DNA of 64,000 nt from Lophium mytilinum. Taxonomy: Eukaryota. The stretch lies in the NCBI GenBank assembly GCA_010093605.1, contig MU004188.1:685673-749672 (forward strand). Direction: 5' to 3'. The notes below the pieces were generated by a model that searched no databases, was not told the DNA's origin, and saw nothing but the letters and a program-made list of their open reading frames with translations. A program made the position numbers and the translations under genes. Of this stretch, positions 40,150 through 54,198 are shown piece by piece (position 1 is the stretch's first letter; the number at the start of each line of letters is the position of its first letter).

Positions 40150-40278
40150 GGGGTTGGGGAAAGGATGGGGAGGGAGTTAAGAGGATGTAGTGGGGGATCA
40201 TCATTAGGGAATACCAATCGAACGATGTGAAATCCTGATTTTGATTCACTGTGACTGTGATTGGCGTGATGAATATTG

Positions 40279-41370
40279 ATGATGCCTGGGGACGTGAGCT
40301 TGCTTAGGCAGGAGATGCTGATAACTGGTTTAGCCGCTACCGTCATAGTGAAGGACATTGACCTGTTCCAACAGCTATTGGGGCTAGGCGCAAATCCGTT
40401 TGATAAATCGGCTATTCTGATCGCTTCCCTGTGTCACGACGTAAGCTTTATCATGGAACTGTTCAGAGTATATGAGCATACTCGACCTAGAAGGCGAGGT
40501 TTCGCAACCGAAGCGCTCAAAGAAGCCATCCGAAGAGCAGACCTACAAACGATCAAACTCTTCGCAAAACGTGCAGACATCAATTAGCCTATCGCATATG
40601 CCAACATTGGAGATGATCATAGTGAATCTTTGAGCGCGCTCGGTCAAGCAATTGCCGGCAAGGGTCCATAATATGGAAGTCATTCAAATTCTCTTGGAGA
40701 ACGGCGGAGATCCGAATGGTGTTGTGGGCATATACAGTGGGACATACAGGTCGAGAGCCCTCCAGTACGCCATCGAAACGGAAGAGCTACCCAAAGTTGA
40801 ACAGTTGGTAAAGCTGGAGCAGACATCAATCTGCCAGCGAAATGGGGGGTTCATCAAACGCCTCTCCAAGCTGCAGCAGCACAAGGAGCCAATGAAATAA
40901 TTCGGTATCTAATATAGAAGGGAGCTGATGTCAACGAGCCTCCGGCATCGCGAGCCGGGGGTACGGCCCTTCGACTTGCCGCCATAGGAGGATATACTGG
41001 CACAGCATTATTGCTGCTAGAACATGGTGCGGACGTCAATGCAGCACCATCTATGATGGAGGGCAGGATGGCCTTCGAAGCCGCCGCAGAGAATGGTCGA
41101 ATCGAGATGATACTCCTACTCGTACAGAAAGGGGCTGATCTGCTATCGATTGAGAGCGCGCAGTATAAGCGTCCGTTAGATTTTGAAGAGAATTCTGGAC
41201 AAATTGCAGTTTGCAATATGGTGCAGCGGCTGTACGAGACCAAACTCAGTGAAGAACAATTGCAAAGGATGTTTCTACCTGACGGCCAAGAGACAAAGAT
41301 AGTGCATGAGACGGAAGTGGATGAGAGTGAAATCTTTAGCAACTGGGTATCGTTTAGTCCGAGGCCGTAG
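40279..41370 (+). pseudogene. Ankyrin-repeat gene relic (C-terminal part)
   Basis: GADVN, TALRLAA..G and PLQAAA..G ankyrin motifs interrupted by TAG at 40585 and 40915 and by frameshifts near 40650 and 40813. Confidence 0.85.
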
Positions 41371-42015
41371 TTCTAGGCATGTGTTTGCAAACTTAGTTGG
41401 CTTTTCGCCAGCTCCTATTTAAGAGATTTCCAGTTGTCTTCATTTGATTTCTGATTTGAGCTCAACCTAGTCAACTGTTTTACAGCACTCTAGAGACTCT
41501 TACTGATGCAGATCACTAGGCATTTTTTCCGCCAGCAGCATCTCCTGTTCTGAAACATAGCTTCCCATCGTCAACTACAGCTAAGGTCACTATCCTTTCA
41601 TTTCATCTTACGCATGACCGATATGCTTTTCTTCAGGTCTTAGCTTAGTGTCAACGATTTGATGAGTTTCGAAACGCAGGCGAATTTCCATGGAATCGCG
41701 GATGCCTCGTGGTCGTCAATGAAATGCTGGCTTTTGCGAAGCTCTTCAGGCTACAGGCGCTGACTGTGAAGTGCAAACTTTCATCTCGCAAAACATCCAT
41801 TTTACAGATTACGCCTCAAATCCTCCATGCCCATAAGAGACCACCAATAACCAGATGCGATAAAGAACCCTGCCTATATGTTAAGCCCCTAAAAACCCCC
41901 TAGCACTCGGAGTAGCAACTGCTCAAAGCCATTGCCTTTACTATTTCAAAGGAAGCCAACCTCTTAAAGCCTCTGCAGTCTTAGCCAACCCTATGATGCC
42001 CCTCATGTCTCCATC

Positions 42016-43356
42016 TCAACCCCGATTGCTCCGTATAGCGTCCAAAAACGCCTTCGCAAACGGCGCATACCCCACCCCCTTCGGATGAAACACCCGACTC
42101 AGCGCCCGCCTTACATCCTCAACATCCCGCCCCGCCAACTCCCCGCTCTCCATTCGCCTCTGAAGCGTCGCAACCGGCGCCTTCGCTTCCCCATCCCTCC
42201 CCCTCACAACCGCCTCTGATACAAGGTCCTCAAGAACCTCCTTCCCAACCCTACCCCCTGCCCCATCTCTCCCCCCAAGCTCTCCCGCACCCCCATCCCC
42301 GGACCAAATATGCCAAAACCACGTCCCCACCCCCGTCGGCCGCTCCAAATACCCCACCCCCGCCGGCTCACAAAACCGATGGCCCCCAAACGCCTCCTCA
42401 AACCCCTCGACATAGAAAACCCCCCACGGCCGCATCGCCCGCGCCACCTCCGCCAGCACCTTATTCAGCAGCTCCACAAGCCCATTCATGCTCTCCCGCA
42501 ACCCCCTCGTCAACTTCGGCTCGCTGCCGCCGTGGACGTTCCAGCTCACGTTGTCACACCCCGCGTCGTCGGCGTTGAAGAAGGGCACGTAGCCGGCGAG
42601 GTAGAGTTGGAAGCTTTCCGGGGGCGAGGCGGCGGCGGCGGCGCGGCCGGTGGTGAGGATGGCAGTGAGGGTGGTGGCGAGGTGGGATTTGAAGGCGGGT
42701 GAGGCGAGGGTAGTGGAGATGGAAGCGAGGGTTTCGGGGCAGGAGTTGGAGGGGGGCGTGATGTGGAGGATGCAGTCGTTGATGGCGCTGTTGGGTGTTA
42801 GTGAGGCATGTGTCCCAGATCTTGAGGGCAACCGCGTCGATATGATAGTAGGGAAATGGTGAGGGACTCACCCGAAGAAATTAGCGTCGTTACCCCCGAT
42901 TGTCATGACTGCTATCTGCGGTTTTCCGATTTTGGTGTATTGCGCTGCTTCGTTTGGTATACCCGGCTTTAGTTGCTTGGTTACTAGATCGTCCATTTTC
43001 GCGCCGGAGCATGCACCGAATACGAGGTCTGGGGTTCTGCTGTTGAAGCTATCCCATGCGGGGTTGGCAACTAATTGGAGTGGCCATGATTGCTTATAGC
43101 GGTCGCAGCCGGCAGAGGTGGTGATGTAATCGGCAGAGCCGTTGGCACCCTCACCCGCAGTATAGGAGTCGCCAATGGCGAGGATGGTGGTTATGGGCTG
43201 GATAGGGCGGGTATAAAGGGGGTGGTCGCGTAAGAAGTCGGCGATATTTGGGATGGAGGGGATGCTGGGAATTGAGGAGGAATGTGGGACGGCTAGGGAA
43301 GGACTGGTAGTTGCTAAGAAGACAATGCTCAGAGCGAGGAGGAAGACGAGAGACAT
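42016..43356 (-). CDS. Secreted SGNH/GDSL hydrolase
   Basis: Signal peptide; GDSYTAG, ACSGA, TIGGND, GHRFCEP and FHP blocks; one intron ~42791-42871. Confidence 0.9.
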
Positions 43357-45930
43357 GATTAAGGTTGACGTTTGAAAGCGGGTATGAGGTGTGAAAACAA
43401 ACTGACGTGGATGTAGAGATTGGAAAAATGCGCAGCTTTATGGACTGCAGGAGCTGGGCCAAAATCTTGGTTCATGCGTTTACATCTGGCTTTTCCTTAA
43501 TGCCTCAACTTGGGGAACCCTCGCTTGGTTGCTTTAGTTCGTTAAGCCGGAAACGCGCCACGAAAGAGATACTTAATCGAGTCCCAGCGTTGCTGTCGCT
43601 ACTTTCTTGTTTAAAGGTATGCAGAAACTGACGTAGTGATGTACATCGAAGAAGAGGGGGAGTGACAGATAGGAGAGAGCTAAAAGGGAAATCTTAGTCA
43701 GGTGACACCTACCCGCCACTGCGACACTTGCGTAAATCATACAACGATTCCCTGAAATTAGCTACTCAAAGAATACAATTTGGCAGTACGAACACTCAGC
43801 CTTACGAGTTGACTCAAATAATGGAAGTCACAGTTGCCGAGCTGCCGTCCGCCACAATCGGCGCCAACCATCACGTGATATCCACGTTTTGTTGCATCTT
43901 TAAGACATAATTCCTCGACCGATCTTTAGGTCTTCATGCTCGGCTTTAGGATTGTCGTGAATAGAAAGATGTTCGAAATCGTTTGAAGAGACTCCGAAAT
44001 GGAGTGTGAGTGGTGGTGCGTGTGAAAAAGTGAAGGAAAGAAAAAGCGTGGTGAATGGTTAAAAACGGTGACGATCTCCACCCTTGTAGATCAACAACAC
44101 CCCGCAGAAGAGTTATCAGAAAACGGAGAGCATCACATGCGAAGAATGGCTATGATGATCTATTCGAGAGGGCGAAGAACGGTTTCATACAATACGCTGA
44201 TGATTATTAACGCGTTATGGACCTACGACCCACCACTCCGCTCACTCCATAGCCGATCTTCTCATAGCGATTTCGAGCTTCCTTCTGCCTGGTTCTACTT
44301 CGATCTGTGGAGGAAAAGTATGAGGAACTTAACAGTCTTGCAGGATGATAGTTCTAAAGGAAAGCAGAAGGGGAATTAGTTCCTGATAATGTGACCTCCA
44401 TATGTAAGTCAGGTGGAAGGTTCGACTTTGAAGGCTAGAAAAGAGGTCATGCCGATTGGAGTGATCCCATGGGCCAAGTCCACCTCAAGAAGTAATGTTT
44501 TCCGGACAGAGGCAGGGGGAATCTCGAAAGGAATGTTCTATTTAGCCTCAATAGCAGCTCGAAATTGAGGGCGCAGCATCTGAATTCCTGCTAGTTGATT
44601 TGGGGTGGCTGGAGCTGCCTGGTGATTGAGAGCACGGCGGGTGCGGCACAGCTGCATGGGATGTGAAGGATAAGAGTAACTCAGTTCATATAGTGAAGGA
44701 TGCCAAAGAATGCAGATATCGCTGACAGATCTCAAGATCCTCTGGGCGCCCTCGAAATGATTAAGCATATGGACTGCATGATTCTGCAATCATCCGTGCG
44801 ATCGGTAAAGGATCACGGGAGTGGGCCTCTATACATGCAACGCCATGCTACTGGGCTGGAAGGATGAAACACCTGCACAGACATGGCCGTAGCCAAGACA
44901 TATGGCCAATGTGAGATAGATGGACGGCCATCTCCATCTTCCGGGGCAGGGTTCGCAGCATTGACTGGGCTCTGAACATGTGGCCTCTATGCTGGCAGAC
45001 ATCCCAGCGCGTGCTAAGGCCCGTGGCGGTGGCGGACGAGGACGCAGAGGACACGCTGGCGGTTTTGTGCGCGCCGTGAGTTTCGGGCGCATTCGCATTC
45101 GCTCTTCTCGGTGGATTGAGGGGGTTGGTGTTGCTCAGCCCTGCCAAAGGGCGGAGGACGTGAAGGGCGACGTTGATCCACGGCGGGTAAAAATGGAACC
45201 AGGGCGTGCCGCTAGCAGAGTGATCAAAAGCTTGACCTGGTGCGACGTCCTGTGATTGGGAGAAGCCCCTGCATAGCCGTTCCATCGCCTGCGTCTGTGC
45301 ATGGCGGTTTCGAAGATGGCCATGAAATGTTTCGACGTGCCGCCTGTGCCTGTTTCTGCCTGTTCTGTAATTAGGATGCTGCAAATCCTGTGCCCGGGAG
45401 CCCCTTCCTGTGCCTGTCCGCAGAGGAAACAGTCAGAGCCTTGCGGGCGGCATCGTGGCCTTGTTCCAATCCTCCATAGCCCAATTCGTGGCCAAGTAGC
45501 ACATGTAGAACACTGCATCAGGAGCCCCCGCCCTTTGCATTTATTGCCAGCCTGCCCCCGTGCTACGCCCAGCTGTGAAATTAGATTTACTGCCCATATC
45601 CCCGTTTTCGGCCTTCTCTCTTCTCGATTGCACATCTTCACTCTTCGCTGAAGCTCCCGCTCGCATCCAGCGCTGTCACATTCCTCGCTGCATCCGCAAC
45701 TGTCTCGGCACCGCAGCGCTGTCTTGGGATTGGCACGCACCCAACCGCCTTGTGACCCGCTGACATCACTCACATTCCAATTTCCGGCCCCGGCCCGAGA
45801 CCCTTCATCACCCACCGCCTTGCTCTTCAAAACGACATAAACCACCACACTCTTTCAAGACAAACTCCAGCCTCTCATTCAATCATCACTCCTCATCACA
45901 CAGCCTCTCCTACAGCTGTCGCTCAACAAG

Positions 45931-46975
45931 ATGCGTACCTCACTCTTTCTCTCTGTCCTCTCGACCGCCGCCCTTGGCCTAGCCACCGACGCCCCCGAGA
46001 CGACCAACAACCTCAGCGCCAGCTACTTTGCTGTCTTGCCCAACCGTGTTGATACTGAGGTTCGCGGTACCATCACCATCATGAGCCCTCCCAATGGCAA
46101 GGGTGCCGATATTGCCATTACCCTCAGCGGCCTCCCTTCTGAGGGCGGTCCTTTCTGTGAGTCACTCCTGCCATTTCAGAATTTGCTACCGGCCCTCTGT
46201 CGGACTGCAGCGGTTGAGCTTGCGTAGATGTTTTGATCCATGATAGAGATATGAGAATAGAAGTTGACCTTACAATAGTGTACCACATCCACGACAAGGC
46301 TGTCCCCGCCGATGGCAATTGCACCGGTGCTGGCGCCCATCTTGACCCCTACGGCCGCGGCGAGACCCCACCATGCGATTCCAGCCAGAAACAGACGTGC
46401 CAGGTTGGCGATCTGAGCGGCAAATACGGCACCATCAATGCAACCGGCTACTCCGCTGCGTAAGTGCCCCTCTCTTCCTCTTCCTTACCTATTTCTACCC
46501 TTACCCAAGGCCCAAGAACGGCCTCGTCGCCCGATTCGCCCGCAACCTCTTCAAGCTCAACACGCTTATCTTGTCTCCTGTGACCTACAGCTACACCGAC
46601 CATTATCTTTCCTTGGTGCCGGGCACTCCAGCCTACTTTGGCAACCGTAGCATTGTCGTCCACTTCGCCAACAAGACTCGCATCACCTGCGCCAACTTCA
46701 TAACCATATCCACCGGCTTCGAGACTCCGGTCACGCCCCCTGGCTTTGCCTCTTCCACTTCGTGCGCCTCGAGCACTCCAAGCAACAGCGCAAACCACAC
46801 CGCGTCCACCTCTTCCTCGGCCGCGAGCTCCCCTAGCAACCCAAGCACAACTGTCGCCGAGTCGCCGAGCGGATCCAAGTCGCTCGCAGTTGTCACGGGA
46901 ACTGGTGCCGCGACCCCGGCCTACTGGGTCTCGTTCGGCGCGCTGCTAGGTGCAGCGTTTGCCATGGTGCTGTAG
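45931..46975 (+). CDS. Extracellular GPI-anchored Cu-only superoxide dismutase (SOD5-like)
   Basis: Signal peptide; GPF/YHIH, GAHLDP, CQVGDLSGK and RSIVVHFANKTRITCAN (short electrostatic loop); Ser/Thr stalk; hydrophobic C-terminus; 2 introns. Confidence 0.9.
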
Positions 46976-48797
46976 ACGGAATAACAGGCCACTTTTCTTT
47001 GTTCTCAAAGCTTCAAGATTCCAGTCACTCTCTTTCTGCATGTCTGCGCCATCCCGCTATAATGAGTCAAGTTTGCGGAGGATGGTGGCGTTACGGGTGA
47101 AGCGTGGAGGATCTGTGCAAAGGAAGATCTCTTTCTGCGGGACACTGGGTGTATGATACCAGGTTACAGGCCGTGGAGCATGTGGCGTTACAGTGGTTAC
47201 GGATAATGAATTATGAGGGAGAGAGCGTTCTCTGCTTTTCTCCTTTCTCTACTTTACCATTGCATTGGATCGGTATACTTGCGATCAAGCCCGTACATGT
47301 TCATGCATCACAGGTAGCCATTAGCCCCGGCTGTTCTTGATGCGCGGCTGGATAAATTCAATAGAGTACAAACTTTACGTGCTGCTGTAAGGAGGTGATG
47401 TTGAGGTTTCGAAGCGGGGATCCGGTTGAAAGGGATGATAGAGAGACTTTGCATCTCAGGTCCGCTCGGCCCCAGTTTTCTCGAGGAGGTCTAATGCGTG
47501 GTATTCCCAACGTCAAACATCTCAGCCTAAGCCATGTGCCCCTCAAACATTCCATCACCGAGCACTACCTCTCGCTTGCTCTGCACGTTTCGAACCTTGT
47601 TCTGGATCCTTGTTGAACATCAAACCAGAAGCCTGTGATGATCTGGGCTGTCAAACACCTAGACGATACGTGCGTCCGTCACGTACCCTCTCCCCTTTCT
47701 CGGCCTACGAAAGATCCGTTCTCATTTTCATCAAACGTCAAACACCGCGAATTTTCTTTTTGATCCTAGTCACGTTTGTCTGAGTCTGCAGCGGGTTGTC
47801 CCGAGGTTTGTCTCCGTGCTTTCCCCGCCACATCAGGCCCGGAAACAGCCGCGTTCGCAGAATCATCCGTGGCTTGCTCGTTGTTTCACTCGCATGCTTG
47901 TCTCATCTGTAGCTTAGCAAAGCTTGGGATATGCACGGTGAGCTTGTCTGGTTGATGGTTTCAGCCATCGCAGAGACCAAGACACGGGACCGTGCCTGCG
48001 TCGGACTAGCTCGAGCAAGACTCTTGCGGATGCATCACCTCGGCTTACCGCTTTCTCGTGTCTAAAGAACATGGAAAATGGTAAACATGTTCCTTACACG
48101 CTGAGTTTTGGTGGTGAGTGAAGAAGACAGGTGCTTGTTGACACCGGAATCGGCAATTCTGCACGCGTCATGTTGGTAAGCATAGCATGTTGCTCACCCG
48201 TCGGGCATGCCGTTGCGCAACAAGCGATAACACAAGCAATACACCGGCTTTCAAGTGAGTGACGGAAACGGTAAGCGCATGGATGAAAATGGTGGGAGAG
48301 GTGAGTATATGACCAGACGTGTTGACGGAGTTCTGAATTGCTTCAACCTTCATCCACTCTTCTATTCGTATAACAACCATCCATCTTTCATCTCTCCATA
48401 TATAAATCAATCATCTCTGCTATATATACTTCACACTTGTATCACAGCCATTCTAGAGCATGTGTGTGATACTCCAGCGGCATCAGAAATGGCACTAGCC
48501 CAAATACATACCAGGCGAAGGGCTCTATGACTCTTTTTGTTACGGCAAATGCATGGACAGATGAACAGTACAAGAGCTTGACGGAAGCGACCTTGTACGA
48601 TCGATATCAAGGAAGCTCCCTTATCTACAACTTGCTAGATATTAGGTAAGGAATCTTTCTATATTATATATATGCTGATGCTGACATATACAGCTGCACC
48701 GATAAAGTGGTTACAGTTCCATTTACTGTGTTTAATTCGGAGCAAGATCTCAAAGCAGCTGCCAAACCTCCGCTAGGACAGCTGACTCTATCTTGGT

Positions 48798-48818
48798 TTA
48801 GGTTAGGGTTAGGGTTAG
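48798..48818 (+). repeat. Short interstitial telomere-like repeat, about 3.5 x TTAGGG
   Basis: TTAGG TTAGGG TTAGGG TTAG. Confidence 0.6.
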
Positions 48819-51800
48819 CGCTACGTCACTCAAAACCCAGCTGTGCCCTTATGGTGTGAACAGCAAAGAAGAAAGACCTTCACGCCGTTCGTGCACCTTA
48901 CGGACCTCATGCGACAAGAAGCTAGGCGCGACCGATCTCTCAACGATTGGAGCCTGCGCAAACATGCCAAGTACAGCCCATGATGAAACCTCCCAGACGA
49001 ATCTCCGATCTTGAAATCAAACTGGATCACCTTCGCACGAATGGCGCCGCGGAAGAGGAAGCGCAGATCAAGGCTATGCCCCCGTGTGAGGGCCTTGAGA
49101 GGAGGCGGGCTACGACAAGAATGATATGGACCTCTTTCATTCTCTAGTTGACGTGCGATGATACTGAGTTGATGGTACTTAGGGACCTTGAGGTGCTGTT
49201 AGTGGAGCAGTCTAGCTAATGCATACGAAATGGCATTGGAAGGTACGATTGTTGCAGCCCCTCCCCTTCCCTCACTCCCATCAAACACTGATAACGCATG
49301 CAGACTACTTTCACGGGGGACAATATCCGGGGCGAATTATTGGTTCGTATTCGCTAGGCTACGGCAGTCCTTGAAAGAATTCGCTCCCGACGCGGCCGTT
49401 CATCATTTTTGGCGATATCCTAGACGCGATCAGTCTTGGCTACCTCTCGATGATCTTCCCGAGGAGAAAAATGGCGCAGGTGGGTTCCGGCTAGTACGAA
49501 TCCCTTCCGCAAGCTCTTTTCAAGTGCTAAATCCTGTACAGGCTGTACAATTTAGCTTTGTGCTATATACTTTCCCTCAACTTGATATAGCTCGTCTGTA
49601 TATATGGACTATGGACTGCGGGTTCCCAGCGTAGCCGACTCTGGCAATACATGATCCGACGAAGAGACCAATGTGCAGACAGCCAGAGTAACATCTCAAC
49701 CACGCTGAAACAACAGACCGCGAACCTAACCACACTACGAACGTACAGATATGCAAAGATCATATCTTCGCTATCCGACTGAACGACGTTCATGCAATTC
49801 GAAGTCTTGCCCATTCACCATCACCGAGCTCGTCCATCGTTTCATGTATTGGCATCTTGGATGGAAAGAGGCCGAATGGATCCTGGAGGAAAATCGGATC
49901 GAATTGGGGCAATATCTCGAATACCAGTGCGCGGTGTTCTTCGCAGCGGTCCACCTAGCTGAACGAGGATGTGATGGTCTTGGACATAGCGAGCTTGGCG
50001 AGAACGACAGCGACGGCGACGTGGGCTTCGACAAAATCAACGAAACCTAGGAAGCACGACTGTTGGCGACGAAGAGCCTACTGTTACCTTGCCATGCGGA
50101 TCTAATGAACCATTACCCGAGAGCATCAACCACCACGGAATCGGCGGTATAGAAGTTCGGAGGCTTGGGCTAGCTAATGCCTACGAAATCACCGGCGGAG
50201 ATTTCACTCTCATAGCTCAGGAGCGACCAAAGGCTCTCGCGAAGAAGGGCAAGTCTCAGCCCAGACACTGAGGGAGAACTTGAGACTTGGAGAGAAGGCC
50301 ACGTGATAGCTCTACTGCTGACGTACCGACTTTGCCGACACACTAACCCCGCTACGAAAAGCCTTGACAGATCCCTAGCTGGTACGAGTGCAGCGACGAT
50401 GACAAGAAGAACTTGACATGCAGCTTTTCAAGTCACAGGGCTCAACAGGAATTCGACTTCGTATTGGCTGTACTTTGCATACTTGCGGCAATGTCCAAAT
50501 AGTCGAAATGTACACATTCGCACCTGCCAACATCAAAGGAAGTGTTGGCTCTGCTTTGAAGACGACCCAGGCGTGGACAAACGACTTCTGGAGCCATGCG
50601 CTTGAGTTGGTCGAGGACGAAAACCACCACGTTGCCCCAGCCGATGATTCCAGAGCTTAGTACCCAAAAGACGAAAAGTCTTCATGAATACCAAAAGCAA
50701 CTTGGAAGACCTATGCAGCCACTGTCTGGAAAAACCCTCAATGACCAACTGTTCACAGGGACACTTCAAAATCGGCTAGGGACCAACCCGATCACGGTGT
50801 GCCGACTTCTTCGATCGCCATTGACTTTGGCTATTAGTCGGGTCAGCGCATCGCTCAGCTGGACCCTGGGTCCATTGGCAGCTGCAAGCATCATGAGTTA
50901 GCATAGTGCTATTGGGACTCTCATATATGACTATATACGACACACCGAAACGACTATATACTACACTTTATTCACTGTATATCTCGCCTCACCATCAAAT
51001 CAAGGAGTCAACATGTCAGGACGGCGACGAAAGATTGTACTGGGGCTGGAGAGAAGTGCACGTTTTGCAAAATCAAAAAGAAGGAGTGCGACGTCGCCAC
51101 AGAATGGTGAATAGAGGCCAGTCTCGCCCGTAGTCACAGGCTTTCATGGCAGGGAAGTGGACCACGTATGTGCGAGCGGTGGACGGGAGATGAATGGAAT
51201 GGCGTTGTCGTCTCTTTGATTCTTACCACAAGAGGGCTAGATATGTATCCGGCCAGACGGAAACAAAAACCACCACACATGATAATCATGCTCATTAGTG
51301 CTGGCCGAATGTTGCTTGGAGGACGAGACCTTCGCCTGGGAGACCGAACTACCGTACAGAGTCTAAGCAACACGAGCCATCTTCGTAATCTGTACAAGGT
51401 TACGGGAAATCGGAGACTCTAAAATGGAATGGTCGCCGCCTTGGTCCGCCTCGGTTCAGAACTTTGCATCCCCGGGTTGGTAGGACAGGGCCCTATGCGA
51501 TTCCTTCTTCTGTCAAAGTTTTATATCTTTACGCGGCCCGCATATAACTCGCTATCAAAACCAGTACACACGAAGAGAAGAACGACTCAGTGAAATGGGA
51601 GTTCCGCCGCCGGTCCTTTCGGAACCGAAATTCAGAAACCGATGCCTGTTTCCCACCAAAGCCCAGTCAATCTACGAAGAAAGCGACTATACGACTAGCA
51701 AGCAGGATTGTATAGTGCTCACTAATGATCTGCACCGACCATATAACCAGTACTATTCGGAGAGATAACCTTGCCTTGATTCAATCGAGAGAAGCGGATA

Positions 51801-51841
51801 GATGCCCACCGTGCAAAGCTAGAATGAATTTGGCTTGCCTA

Positions 51842-51900
51842 TATGTAGCACGAGGGTTTGAGCAAGTCTATGGCATTGACTTCGATGAGACATATGGGGA
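51842..51900 (+). mobile_element. Ty1/copia reverse transcriptase relic
   Basis: YVARGFEQVYGIDFDETY matches the RVT_2 motif (KARL)VA.GF.Q.YGID..ET. Confidence 0.7.
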
Positions 51901-53172
51901 CTTTCTTGACACATCCACAAGACATTGATCTTCGTTCAAAGACGCAGCCTACCTACACATAAGATGTATCACCACACGCAATGCATCGCGACGACTCTAG
52001 AGTTAGAAAAGAGTTTATCCTGTCCATGTTAGACAGATTCTCTCTTGGCCTCGCCAACCTACCTGTTGATGGCTTCACATGACTGGGAGGCTGATGTCTT
52101 GGAGAAGGGAAGGAGAGTCAGGTACGCTAGTAGTTCGAGAAAGGGTACGCAGTATATCAATGGGGGTATCTTTTTTTCTGCTTTCTCAGGTTTGAAACCT
52201 TATCAGCGGGCTAATTCGCCACGGAAGTTCTTTGGTGGAACCGCTTGACGCGGTTATAGAAATTAAGTTCATCCTATTGGTGACTTTTACACCCACCGTG
52301 AGCCTGCACGGGTCTGAACAAAACAGAAGTCAACTCTGTAGAAGCTATCCCAGCCCTGGTGCAATTATCCTTCAAGATGTCGGTTCTTCAACGATCTAGA
52401 GAACGTTTAAGTCGTTTATATGTGCAACGTTTGTATCGAGTGCACCTTTTATGTGACCCTATTCGTGCGTGCGCCCGACCACACCTATGAATATCCACAG
52501 TTTAGATCCCTGAGGCCGCTCGCGCAGCTCGACGCTTTCATGAAAGCTACTTTTCGAAAGCACGAAGGATGCTGAGTGATGAGCATCCCATGCCCGAGGG
52601 CCGTCAATGAAGCACTCAGGACAAAGTTCTGGTAATCCTTTCAGGCAAATGTATGATACAGCTCGGCGAGTGTTGTCAGTGGACCTGCGACATGGGGTCT
52701 TAGATTGAGCCACAGATCAGGCTCCAAGAGTGTGAGTCAATCGTCGGAGTAAACGGGAAGAAGCAAACAACCAAGCAAATCCAAGCAAGCTAACAATCAC
52801 TCTGCCTCAAAGATGCTAGAGGACCAATCCAAACCTGACTTCTAATTAGGCAGATTAAATCAGACTCGTCCAAATACCAGAAGTTGCATCGCTCGTTTGT
52901 TAGCAAATACAGTGCGCCAAAGACAAAGAACTGCTACACCTCCTGTTCTCCTGGGCTGCTCCATCGAACGTGCCTGCACTACAAATAGTATCGTGGACTC
53001 ACATCATTCGTGACCATGGTGCGTACCATGGTTCGCCCCCGGTGAGCCGTGACTCATCTCCAACCACGACCCAAGTATTTAATTATCAAGATATCCTTAT
53101 TTTCTACCCCCACACAATACTCAACTCACTCACCTAAGACACCCCACACAAATCACCCCCTATCCCGCCACC

Positions 53173-53925
53173 ATGCCGCCCCCAAAACCCCACCAACGCA
53201 CCTCCAAAACCCCCGCCCCAAACCCCCCCACCGAAAGCCCCAACTCCACCCTCTTCTTCTACATGCCCGACGAAAAACCCTACGGCCTCTTCTGCCAATG
53301 GCACCCCTCCCCCTTCACCGTCTCCACCTCCGCGCTCGTCTGGCTGCTCACCGAAGGCCCCCAACCCCCCTCCTTTTCCGACACTACCACAATGATAAAC
53401 GGCGAGCCGGCTGACCCCCTCGTCGCTGCCTCAAGGGAGCTACCCATTCTTGCCACTAGCAAAATAAACTTCAACTGCGCCGAGCAGTTCATGATGTTCG
53501 CGAAAGCGTTGTACTTCAGCGACTTCCGCACCGCCGTACGGATCATGGATTCGAAATCGCCGAAAGAGCAGCAGGCGCTCGGCGCGGCCGTTGCAGGGTT
53601 CTCGTCGGAGCGGTGGGGGCATGTGAAGGCGGGGCATGAGCGGATGGTGAAGGAGCGGGTGGTGGAGCAGGGGAATTATTGCAAGTTTACGCAGAATCGC
53701 GCGTTTAGGGAGGTGTTGCTGGGGACGGGGGAGCGGGAGCTGGCGGAGGCGGGGAGTAAGGATCGCACGTGGGGGATTGGGTATACGGCGAAGAACGCGG
53801 AGCGGTATAGGAGTTATTGGGGACAGAATTTGTTGGGGAAGTGCTTGATGAGGGCTAGGGGGTGGATTAGGGAGGATGTTGCGAAGAGGGAGGAGAGTAG
53901 AGGGGGAGGTGGTACCAAGAGATAG
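53173..53925 (+). CDS. NADAR (YbiA/DUF1768) family protein
   Basis: Intronless; FCQWHPS, AEQFMMFAKA, NYCKFTQN, LLGTG.RELAEA, DRTWGIG and WGQNLLG motifs. Confidence 0.92.
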   Translation: MPPPKPHQRTSKTPAPNPPTESPNSTLFFYMPDEKPYGLFCQWHPSPFTVSTSALVWLLTEGPQPPSFSDTTTMINGEPADPLVAASRELPILATSKINFNCAEQFMMFAKALYFSDFRTAVRIMDSKSPKEQQALGAAVAGFSSERWGHVKAGHERMVKERVVEQGNYCKFTQNRAFREVLLGTGERELAEAGSKDRTWGIGYTAKNAERYRSYWGQNLLGKCLMRARGWIREDVAKREESRGGGGTKR

Positions 53926-54078
53926 GATAGGGAAACGACATGCCTTTCGTTCTAGCTATAGCGATTCTGTTATATGATGCTAGACTTCGCTTGACGACTT
54001 GACGAGATTTTGGTTCTTACGTTAGTGAATGAACGCCCCAGCAATCACATATAATGCCCATTATTTCCCCCGACTCTC

Positions 54079-54198
54079 GCCCTAAGGGGTGTCTGCCTGT
54101 TGAGCGTCTGACCAGCGAACTCATTCGGGCATTCGGTCATATAGTAAAAACCGCCTTGGCAAGGGGCGGTATTCGTAGGGCTTCGGCCTGAGCTTTTT
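54079..54198 (+). ncRNA. Putative Pol III structured ncRNA, array unit 1 (most diverged)
   Basis: CATATAA at -31, 5' hairpin GCCCTAAGGGGT, CCGCC/GGCGG hairpin, GGC-TTCG-GCC hairpin, T5, downstream GGTTCGATAC at 54219; no clear A box. Confidence 0.55.

Noticed and set aside
31623..46975. Secondary-metabolite gene cluster around the AflR-like factor
   Set aside because: No backbone or tailoring enzymes are present.
49230..50901. Protein-like ORF fragments
   Set aside because: They cannot be assigned to any family from sequence alone.
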